Part shown: piece by piece, positions 47,892-54,988 of the stretch
Numbering within the stretch: the first letter of the stretch is position 1
How the letters are laid out: each line of letters opens with the position of its first letter
From: a virus
Strand: one strand, 5' to 3'
IMG/VR virus record: IMGVR_UViG_3300027747_004779
Span: 32,001 to 96,000 of that record
DNA: 64,000 nucleotides
Notes under the pieces: generated by a model
Told to the model about the DNA's origin: nothing
What the model saw: the letters and a program-made list of their open reading frames with translations, nothing else
Databases searched by the model: none
Translations under genes and position numbers: made by a program

Positions 47892-48533
47892 TCAAGCATA
47901 TTTGCTAGAAATCTTTTTAAGGCCGAGGTCTACAAGTCTTAAAGCCTTTTTTGAATTATAAAGCTTTGTTCTATACGTAGATATGTTGTTGTAAAAATCG
48001 TCGCCAATAATAAACCGTATTATTTCAGGATCTCTGCTCTTGAGATTTTTCTCAAATACCTCAAACCCTAAAAGCGTATATATGTTAACTTTATGCTCTT
48101 TTAAATGAACCATAAATGAATATTCATTATTTGTTTTGTGATTAATATAATTTTGAGGGCTTACCTTAGCTTCATTGCAAAAATTTAGTATAAACACTAG
48201 TGATTGTTTAATATTGGATAATTGTTCTTCGCTATCAGGATCCATATTAACAATTTTTTTCTGAAATAGGGTATAGGATTTTGTAGCTTTAAGACTGGCA
48301 TAATAGTCAAGAGGAAAATAAGGCTCGTCAGGGTAGAGACTATAAGGGGCTTTAAAATAGTCCTCAATCTTAATATGAGGGAACTTTTTTAAAAATGTTG
48401 CAATGCGTTTAATTGCAATAAACTGCGCTTCGTCAATTTTTTCAAAATTTTTACGAAGCTTAAAGGGCTTGTTCTTACTCGATCTAGAAACAGCTAAGTA
48501 TGTGTTGTAAATGTGCTTTTCGAATGTCGTCAT
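47892..48533 (-). CDS. Hypothetical protein, possibly a gp59-like helicase loader
   Basis: 213 aa, basic/aromatic, directly upstream of gp32 as gp59 is in T4; IYNTYLA N-terminus. Confidence 0.35.
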   Translation of the reverse strand: MTTFEKHIYNTYLAVSRSSKNKPFKLRKNFEKIDEAQFIAIKRIATFLKKFPHIKIEDYFKAPYSLYPDEPYFPLDYYASLKATKSYTLFQKKIVNMDPDSEEQLSNIKQSLVFILNFCNEAKVSPQNYINHKTNNEYSFMVHLKEHKVNIYTLLGFEVFEKNLKSRDPEIIRFIIGDDFYNNISTYRTKLYNSKKALRLVDLGLKKISSKYA

Positions 48534-48748
48534 TAATTATAGAATTTCCACTTATTACGGGAAAGTTCTTTTTTGACGCGACGCATCTTACTTGGCTTGT
48601 AGTGACACCTTTTAAGTCTTAAAACGTCTAAAACGCCTGACTTTAAAAATTCTCTGCTAAACTTATTAAGGGCTTTTTCAAAATAAGCTTTATCAAGACT
48701 CTTCTTACCATTTAAAGATACTTCTGCATTAGGGTGTTTTTTACTCAT
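48533..48748 (-). CDS. rpsU: Phage-encoded ribosomal protein bS21 homolog
   Basis: 71 aa, very basic; FEKALNKFSREFLKSGVLDVLRLKRCHYKPSKMRR matches the bS21 pattern E.ALRRFK......G.....R....Y.KPS..RR. Confidence 0.75.
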   Translation of the reverse strand: MSKKHPNAEVSLNGKKSLDKAYFEKALNKFSREFLKSGVLDVLRLKRCHYKPSKMRRVKKELSRNKWKFYN

Positions 48749-49038
48749 AAAAATAGACTCTTTTTGGAACTGTTTAAAAACTTCATAACGTATTTACTTT
48801 TATACAATGTTGAATCAAAATGCAAGAAAAATTTAATTGCACTAAAATCATTTTTAATGTCACAATATGCTTTAAAAAGATCTCGAAGTGCTCTTTTTTT
48901 AAGTAATAAAATAAAAACATTAGCTAAATTAAGCTTCTTAGTATTGGTAAGTGTCACAAATGAACAAAAAGATAAGAACAAATGTGTCTGCTCATACTCT
49001 GTCATTTGCTTAGATGGATCAAATGTATTCACTGTCAA
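48745..49038 (-). CDS. Hypothetical protein
   Basis: 97-aa ORF translationally coupled to bS21. Confidence 0.55.
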   Translation of the reverse strand: MTVNTFDPSKQMTEYEQTHLFLSFCSFVTLTNTKKLNLANVFILLLKKRALRDLFKAYCDIKNDFSAIKFFLHFDSTLYKSKYVMKFLNSSKKSLFL

Positions 49039-49070
49039 TACTAATTATTGACTATTTATTGTAAATCCAT

Positions 49071-50396
49071 CTATCCCAACGCTAATTTTGTCAATGTATT
49101 AATCGATGATGCACTCCCTTCTGTATCGTTTATATGTTCGTCCTCTGTAATAGTAAGTGTAGTATAATCAATTCTCATAGGGCAGAATCCGAAATTGGGT
49201 CCAAATCGATTTTTCATAAAGCCCATCTTGATAACACCTAGCTCTTTATCAGTATCTTCCTGCCATACACTTAATATCACGTCACCGGTCATTGCTAACC
49301 CAATACTTTCTGAGATAGTTTTAAGACCGGGCTCAGATATTTCATAACCATCTCTATTGAGCTGTGTAGCTGAAATAATAGGGCAATTAAAGTCATACGT
49401 TAATGCGCGTAGTTGTTCAGTGCAGATTTTAATTCTTTCATAACTGCTATCGCCCATTGTTGAGTTGAGCAAATTAACGTAATCGAGAACAATAGCATCA
49501 ATTTTTATTCCTTTTTGTGTAAGTTTTCTTACAAAAGCTTTTAAATGATTGCAAGTTATTGTAGCAGGTGGAAACTCTTTAATAATAATTTTAGAGCTTG
49601 GATTCTCGATACAATACTCGGAAATTTGACTCTTAAGATTCTGAGATTCAACTTTAAGCTGGCCAAGGGGTATCTTAGATACACTTGAACAGAGTCGCTT
49701 TGCATATACAAGCTCAGGCATTTCAAGAGAGACTAAGAGTACTGTCTTGCCTTGTTTAGCAATATTAATTGCAACGTTACCAAGAAAAATACTTTTTCCA
49801 ATATTAGTTTCACCAGCAAACAGGTATAATGCACGACCGGATTCTAAAAAACCTCCACCGATTTTATCATCAAGCCATTTCCACTTTGAGGGAATATATC
49901 TGTCTGTAGAGTTTAAATCATCAATAACACGATCCACATCAGTAAATAAATCTAAACCTATTTCAGTTGCGAGGGTAATACTGCATGCCTTTTCAAACTT
50001 ATCCAAAATTTTAGATGTATCGACTTCGTTTTTATTAATATCATCTACTACATCCATCATAGTATGATATACTGCCTTCTCTTTTAAAAATATTTCTGTA
50101 TTCGTCGAGAGCTCATCATTATTAAGATTTTTATCTATGCCAGTAAACAGATTAACAACATTTTTAAGAGATGTCTTTAGTTCGTCTGTTGTTAAATAGG
50201 ATTTAATTTCAGTAATAGTCGGTTTAGTATTTCTTTTTTCGTAAAAATCGCGAATAATGGTAAAAATAGCTTTTATATCTTTGTTTTTAAAATAAAGTGG
50301 TTTAACGTAATCAACAATAGAAGCAAGGTACGTATCGTCAGTAAGGCTTTTGTAGGCGATTACTGTTTCAAAATAGTCTAAATCTAACTTCGCCAT
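49071..50396 (-). CDS. gp41: Replicative DnaB-like helicase
   Basis: AGETNIGKS, VSLEM, IIKEFP, IVLDYVNLL, SATQLNRDG, ISESIGL, KNRFG. Confidence 0.93.
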   Translation of the reverse strand: MAKLDLDYFETVIAYKSLTDDTYLASIVDYVKPLYFKNKDIKAIFTIIRDFYEKRNTKPTITEIKSYLTTDELKTSLKNVVNLFTGIDKNLNNDELSTNTEIFLKEKAVYHTMMDVVDDINKNEVDTSKILDKFEKACSITLATEIGLDLFTDVDRVIDDLNSTDRYIPSKWKWLDDKIGGGFLESGRALYLFAGETNIGKSIFLGNVAINIAKQGKTVLLVSLEMPELVYAKRLCSSVSKIPLGQLKVESQNLKSQISEYCIENPSSKIIIKEFPPATITCNHLKAFVRKLTQKGIKIDAIVLDYVNLLNSTMGDSSYERIKICTEQLRALTYDFNCPIISATQLNRDGYEISEPGLKTISESIGLAMTGDVILSVWQEDTDKELGVIKMGFMKNRFGPNFGFCPMRIDYTTLTITEDEHINDTEGSASSINTLTKLALG

Positions 50397-50402
50397 TAAT
50401 CT

Positions 50403-50430
50403 ATAATATAGTATTTTTTCTTGTTATCAA
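50403..50430 (-). promoter_or_regulatory. Sigma70-like promoter TTGATA-N16-TATTAT, 6 nt upstream of the gp41 ATG
   Basis: Conserved geometry; the -35 element overlaps the upstream TGA stop. Confidence 0.6.
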
Positions 50431-51095
50431 TGTGTGCTATATTCTTTTAGAAATTTCTCTTGGCTAGCATTAAAGTTTTTATCTTCAAAGCTTAATAGCC
50501 CGGGCGAATTATGCATAACCCAGATAGGGGCAACTCCAAGCTTTAGTTTCTTTTTATTTGCATCAATACAGCTAGCAATATCGTAATGATGAAACTTGTA
50601 GTTTTCATTAAACTTCCAGCCGGTCTCTTTGACACTTTTTGTTTTTATAGAAAGAAATAACCCATCTAATATGGCAACGCGTGCGGGTGTCGGTCCAAAA
50701 TTGGTAACCATAATTTGGTCCTTGCTACATGGGTGTGAAACTGCGCCATGTAAATTGTTACTTTGAAATCCTCCGCACATTAAATGCCATAAAGCTGGTG
50801 CTTTAATTGTAGGGTTAACGCCGCCTGCAAGGCCAACAATATCAAATTGAGTATGTGCTTTGATTAATTTTTCACAAACACCGAGATCGTCAACATATAC
50901 GTCATCATGGAGAAAAACAATATAATCAAAATCATTTAAATGTTCTTTTAAAATAGAATTATACATTACGCTCAGGCCTTCTTTGTTGTTAGCGTCATAA
51001 TACACATCGATATCATTCAACCGTGATAATGATTTGTAAGCTAATGTCTCTTCAGCATTATCTCCTTTTGTTGTAAAATAAAAAGCGATCTTCAT
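50427..51095 (-). CDS. GT2-like glycosyltransferase (Glyco_tranf_2_5 / StrF-like)
   Basis: GLSVMYN, IVFLHDDV, IVGLAG, VAILDGLFL, FNENYKFHHYDIASC, H.SPG. Confidence 0.8.
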   Translation of the reverse strand: MKIAFYFTTKGDNAEETLAYKSLSRLNDIDVYYDANNKEGLSVMYNSILKEHLNDFDYIVFLHDDVYVDDLGVCEKLIKAHTQFDIVGLAGGVNPTIKAPALWHLMCGGFQSNNLHGAVSHPCSKDQIMVTNFGPTPARVAILDGLFLSIKTKSVKETGWKFNENYKFHHYDIASCIDANKKKLKLGVAPIWVMHNSPGLLSFEDKNFNASQEKFLKEYSTH

Positions 51096-51775
51096 GGTGT
51101 AAAAAATGGTGAGTTAGGGGTAAATTTACCAACAGAAGTAATGCCTTCTTGTGTTAAAAGATATAATAACCCCTCTTCTAATGCAACATATCCGGGTTCG
51201 GGTAGAGATGAAAACTCATTATTAATAAAGTCAGCATATAGTGTACTACCGGAGCGAGCAATATATATGTTCCCGCTCTTTTGATTGTACATCCAGAGCC
51301 CGAACGTGCCTTTGAGTTGTGAAAGCGTTCGAACAATGCCTGCTACCTCGTCCTTAATACTCTTCTCGTTTATATGCAACAGTACAGGTATTACAGATGA
51401 ATCAACAACGTTAAAAGCTTTCTTATCCGGTATCAAGGCTTTAAGCTGCTTATCGTTAGTTAAGACGCCGTTATGAGCTATTAGCCAATCTTTATACTGA
51501 AATGGATGTGAAGTTGCTGGAGTAAACTTTCGTTGCGATGAAGTAGGGGCTTGCGTATGGCCTAAGTAATAATTAAAGTCATTAATATACTTCTTCTTTT
51601 TACCGTATTCAATAATTAGCTTATTGTTTAATTGTGTAACGCCTGGAGTCTTCAAAATAGCGTGCAATCTCTTGCCAATCAATAAGCCTCCATAAGAAAA
51701 GTTACCTCTTTTCTTGTTATTATTATAAAGCTTTACGTATTTCGTAAACTCTTTAGCTCCAAATATGCCGCAAAT
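51092..51775 (-). CDS. Class-II (Ntn) glutamine amidotransferase-like protein with an inferred ATT start
   Basis: The in-frame extension upstream of the ORF-track start reads ATT-TGC-GGC-ATA-TTT-GGA = (M)CGIFG; also RG..S.G, LGHTQAPT, HPF, AHNGVLTN, VDS. Confidence 0.8.
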   Translation of the reverse strand: MCGIFGAKEFTKYVKLYNNNKKRGNFSYGGLLIGKRLHAILKTPGVTQLNNKLIIEYGKKKKYINDFNYYLGHTQAPTSSQRKFTPATSHPFQYKDWLIAHNGVLTNDKQLKALIPDKKAFNVVDSSVIPVLLHINEKSIKDEVAGIVRTLSQLKGTFGLWMYNQKSGNIYIARSGSTLYADFINNEFSSLPEPGYVALEEGLLYLLTQEGITSVGKFTPNSPFFTP

Positions 51776-51783
51776 AACATTAT

Positions 51784-51822
51784 CCTCCTGATTTATTATA
51801 ATAAAAAGAATAAATAATTCAA
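51784..51822 (-). promoter_or_regulatory. Promoter TTGAAT-N16-TATAAT plus Shine-Dalgarno AGGAGG, 8 nt before the ATT start
   Basis: -35 at 51817-51822, -10 at 51795-51800, SD at 51784-51789. Confidence 0.7.
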
Positions 51823-51823
51823 G

Positions 51824-52732
51824 ATGAATAAGGATAGTAAACTCATATTCGAGGCATATTTAACAAAGAAACCTGTATTAAGTGAAGCTCCAATATATGG
51901 GCCGGGAGATTTAGACTATACCGGCGATATTGAAAGCGCCCCGGGAGGTGGTTACGGTGTTGGAACAGCTGCGGCAAAAGAGGGTAAAACAAAGACTGAG
52001 ATTGCCAACCGTATTCTTAATGCTGTCAAAACAAAGCTTTTTAAACCTGCAGCACATACAATCGATGGCAAAGAATATCAACTTTATTATCCTGGTAGTA
52101 AAATGAAGTTTAGAACAGAACTAGAAAATTTAATTAAAAACGAACTTAAGATAGGTGGTACAGCAGCCAAGTATACGGCGCGAGTAATTGATAATTTACT
52201 TAACGTTTTACGTGTAGATGTTGAAGGTGGTGCAGCTGCGTCGCCCGTACAGGTTAAGAAAGCTATTGACACCGGTGTACAGGGTAAGCCGGTATCTGGT
52301 GAGGGATCAACACAACCTGCTGCTCCTCAAGCTGCAGCAAACGTTTTCGTAAAAAATCCTCTTGTTCGTTTTATTAAAGAGTTTATGCCGATTTTTGTTG
52401 AACTACCTGATGAAATTACAACTTCAGGTAAGAAAGACTTTTACGAGTCGGATGAACTTCAGAACGAAGTCAAAGAAGCTATTACAAGAGCTTACGACGA
52501 AGCAAAAGCTAAGGATAAAGAGCTTATAAATGATTTCATCGATTCACTCAAACACAAAAACAGTTATATGCCTCAAGCTGAGGCACAAGCTAAAGAAGGT
52601 GAAGGTACCGGTGAAACCCCAACGGTTGATGAATATCCGGAAGATGATGATGTTACCGGTACATTAAGAGATATTGGCGCGTTACCGGGTAAAGTCGGTC
52701 GTGACCCGGGTAGCTTTAGCTACGGCGATTAA
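51824..52732 (+). CDS. Hypothetical late protein (candidate capsid-internal protein)
   Basis: 302 aa; TAAATA 7 nt upstream; N-terminus MNKDSKLIFEAYL...LSEA. Confidence 0.6.
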   Translation: MNKDSKLIFEAYLTKKPVLSEAPIYGPGDLDYTGDIESAPGGGYGVGTAAAKEGKTKTEIANRILNAVKTKLFKPAAHTIDGKEYQLYYPGSKMKFRTELENLIKNELKIGGTAAKYTARVIDNLLNVLRVDVEGGAAASPVQVKKAIDTGVQGKPVSGEGSTQPAAPQAAANVFVKNPLVRFIKEFMPIFVELPDEITTSGKKDFYESDELQNEVKEAITRAYDEAKAKDKELINDFIDSLKHKNSYMPQAEAQAKEGEGTGETPTVDEYPEDDDVTGTLRDIGALPGKVGRDPGSFSYGD

Positions 52733-53465
52733 TTGTTTTACAATTATACTTTTTCCAGGGTATCGTTATTTTATAAGAAATAGGGTCTATATACCCCGCA
52801 TCTATAAAGCCTTTTATTCTCAAAGAGCACGCAGTACATTCACCGCAAGCCTGTTCTTCACCCTCATAACAAGTCCAAGTCTGGCTAAAATCCACTCCAA
52901 GCTTTATACCCAGTTTAATGATTTCTTCTTTGGATTTATCAATTAACGGTGCTTGAACAGTAATTCTATTTCTGCGGTTCAAAGCTGATACATTATTAAT
53001 TTGCTCCAAAAATTCTTCGCTACCATCCCAGAACCCTGCAACACTGTCAGCCTGTGCAGCACCATGAAAAACAGTGCTGGCCCCATAGTTTTCTGCTATT
53101 GCAAGTGAAATGCTAAGCAGCATTAAGTTTCTATAGGGAACATAGTTTACCGTCTGCGGGTCGCCCATTACATCCTTGGCTTTAGCTACTGCAACCTTGT
53201 TGTTAAGAAGTGAAGAAACTTGACATATATCTTTAAAAAACGGTAATTTTATATGTTGACTATCAACTGGCATGTCAACTGATTCAATCTGAAATGACGC
53301 GCAGTTTATTTCTTTATCACGATGCTTCTGCCCGTAGTCATAGTTGACCGTAATTACTTTATCATACTCGCTTGCAGCTAAATGTAACAGTACAGAACTA
53401 TCCATTCCCCCGGAAATAGGGACTACTGCTTTACGCGATAGGTGCTTCTTCGCTTGGCGCTTCAT
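52716..53465 (-). CDS. queC: QueC-family ATP pyrophosphatase (7-cyano-7-deazaguanine synthase-like), divergent
   Basis: ISGGMDS PP-loop, YDYGQKH, YVPYRNL, TWTCY...CGECTAC..R Zn site; FWDG replaces the usual YPDC. Confidence 0.8.
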   Translation of the reverse strand: MKRQAKKHLSRKAVVPISGGMDSSVLLHLAASEYDKVITVNYDYGQKHRDKEINCASFQIESVDMPVDSQHIKLPFFKDICQVSSLLNNKVAVAKAKDVMGDPQTVNYVPYRNLMLLSISLAIAENYGASTVFHGAAQADSVAGFWDGSEEFLEQINNVSALNRRNRITVQAPLIDKSKEEIIKLGIKLGVDFSQTWTCYEGEEQACGECTACSLRIKGFIDAGYIDPISYKITIPWKKYNCKTINRRS

Positions 53466-54549
53466 TTAAGTTATATTTGTATTCCTCTGTTAAGCGCTTG
53501 TCGAGTTCTGGAATAATAAATTCCTCGTAGAAAGCGGGGTCTTTAGCAAAAGTCTTTGCATAACCCAGTTTATCACCCTTCTTATACTTACCACTAGTAA
53601 CTCCTATGGTATATGTTGCACCATTTTGTTCAACGATACCTCTTGCTGCTGCCATTCCAAGCAACCCACTATACTTGTTAAGTCCTGTCTTAAAAGAAAG
53701 ATACATTTCTGTCTCTAAGAACGGCGGTAAAAAGCGATTCTTTACAGTTAATGCACGAAGTGTTGTACCGCTGTATTTGTTAGCTTCTGCGAGCTTCTTA
53801 TCTTCTGCATCCATGGAGTCCCCCTCGCCTTCCTTCTCGTGGCGCTTGGCTAGCTGTACAAGAATACTAGCCATATATACAGGCCCTGAACCGCCAGCTT
53901 GATTCTTTACAAGACTTGGAAACATTGCAGCTGGATCATCGTATGTATGGTTCGTAAAGAGAATTGTCACGCCAGCTTTTGCAGCTTTAAATGTTAATGT
54001 ACGGAACATGCTCTTTAAAGACTTTGCACGAAGACCCATATCTGATGCGGATTTATCCTTAGCAACGTCATCGAGTTCTTTCTGTGATGCAAGATTACCA
54101 AGACTATCAATACTAATAATAAACTTACCTCTCGCATTATTTTCGATTACGCTATCAAGAAAAGCACTAATCTGATTACGACATTGATCGATGGTATCTA
54201 CTGGTACATATTTTGTATTTTCTGGATCCAATCCAACACCTTTTGTACTATTCTCATCAATAGCGATTTCAGTATCAAATATAACGGGAGTGAGGCCTCT
54301 CTTCTGAGCAGTAGCAAGAATCTTATTTACGATAAAAGTCTTACCCGTTTGACTAGGTCCAGAAAACCCTGTTATTCTTCCCTTAGGCACGCCGCCACCA
54401 CGACAACTGCCACCAAGAATAGCATTAAGAGCGTAGCATCCAGTATCAAACCACTCATCAACTTTACTAAGTGCATTTTCATTTAACATCGAAGCCTCGC
54501 TGTTAAGTTTATCTAGCGACGCGAATATTTTATTAAGATCTTTACTCAT
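53431..54549 (-). CDS. uvsX: RecA-like recombinase
   Basis: DTGCYALNAILGG, GPSQTGKT, FDTE, IDSLGNLAS, DMGLRAK.LKS.FR, TNHTY, GGSG..Y.AS. Confidence 0.93.
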   Translation of the reverse strand: MSKDLNKIFASLDKLNSEASMLNENALSKVDEWFDTGCYALNAILGGSCRGGGVPKGRITGFSGPSQTGKTFIVNKILATAQKRGLTPVIFDTEIAIDENSTKGVGLDPENTKYVPVDTIDQCRNQISAFLDSVIENNARGKFIISIDSLGNLASQKELDDVAKDKSASDMGLRAKSLKSMFRTLTFKAAKAGVTILFTNHTYDDPAAMFPSLVKNQAGGSGPVYMASILVQLAKRHEKEGEGDSMDAEDKKLAEANKYSGTTLRALTVKNRFLPPFLETEMYLSFKTGLNKYSGLLGMAAARGIVEQNGATYTIGVTSGKYKKGDKLGYAKTFAKDPAFYEEFIIPELDKRLTEEYKYNLNEAPSEEAPIA

Positions 54550-54555
54550 AGATCT

Positions 54556-54583
54556 AGTATATATGAAGTAAATTTAAAAACAA
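54556..54583 (-). promoter_or_regulatory. Sigma70-like promoter TTGTTT-N16-TATACT, 6 nt upstream of uvsX
   Basis: Same spacing as the other early/middle promoters in this window. Confidence 0.6.
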
Positions 54584-54591
54584 GTAAAAAA

Positions 54592-54951
54592 TTACTCGTC
54601 AAACAACTTAATTACTTTTTCGTCGCCGGAATTGCCTGCAGTAGGAGCTACTGTGGCAGCAAACAACTTGTTGTATTGATCAACAAGCCTAGGATCGTTG
54701 TCAATATCTTGACCAAGAACGATCGTCGCGAGGTTAAACTTCCAAACAGTTTCATTCTTTGATTTATCGCCAATAAACTCACGGAAATAAAGTGGAATAG
54801 TCTGCACATTAAGTTGACCCTGTTGTGTGGGCTGTACATGAATAATGGCAGGGTTCTTTACTGTAAGAGATGTCTTGTCAGAATCTACTTGTTCAGCAAG
54901 GATTGTTCTTCCGATGTGATCAATAAAAGTAACTAAATTTTGTTTGCTCAT
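54592..54951 (-). CDS. Hypothetical protein (Sm-like small beta-barrel pattern)
   Basis: GRTILAE...LTVKNPAII...LVDQYNKLF; promoter TTGATT-N16-TAAATT 6 nt upstream. Confidence 0.55.
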   Translation of the reverse strand: MSKQNLVTFIDHIGRTILAEQVDSDKTSLTVKNPAIIHVQPTQQGQLNVQTIPLYFREFIGDKSKNETVWKFNLATIVLGQDIDNDPRLVDQYNKLFAATVAPTAGNSGDEKVIKLFDE

Positions 54952-54988
54952 ACAACTAATTTAAAATAAGAAAAAAGAAAATCAACTG

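Noticed and set aside
48734-49051. 105-aa + strand ORF
   Set aside because: Antisense to the - strand gene that is coupled to bS21.
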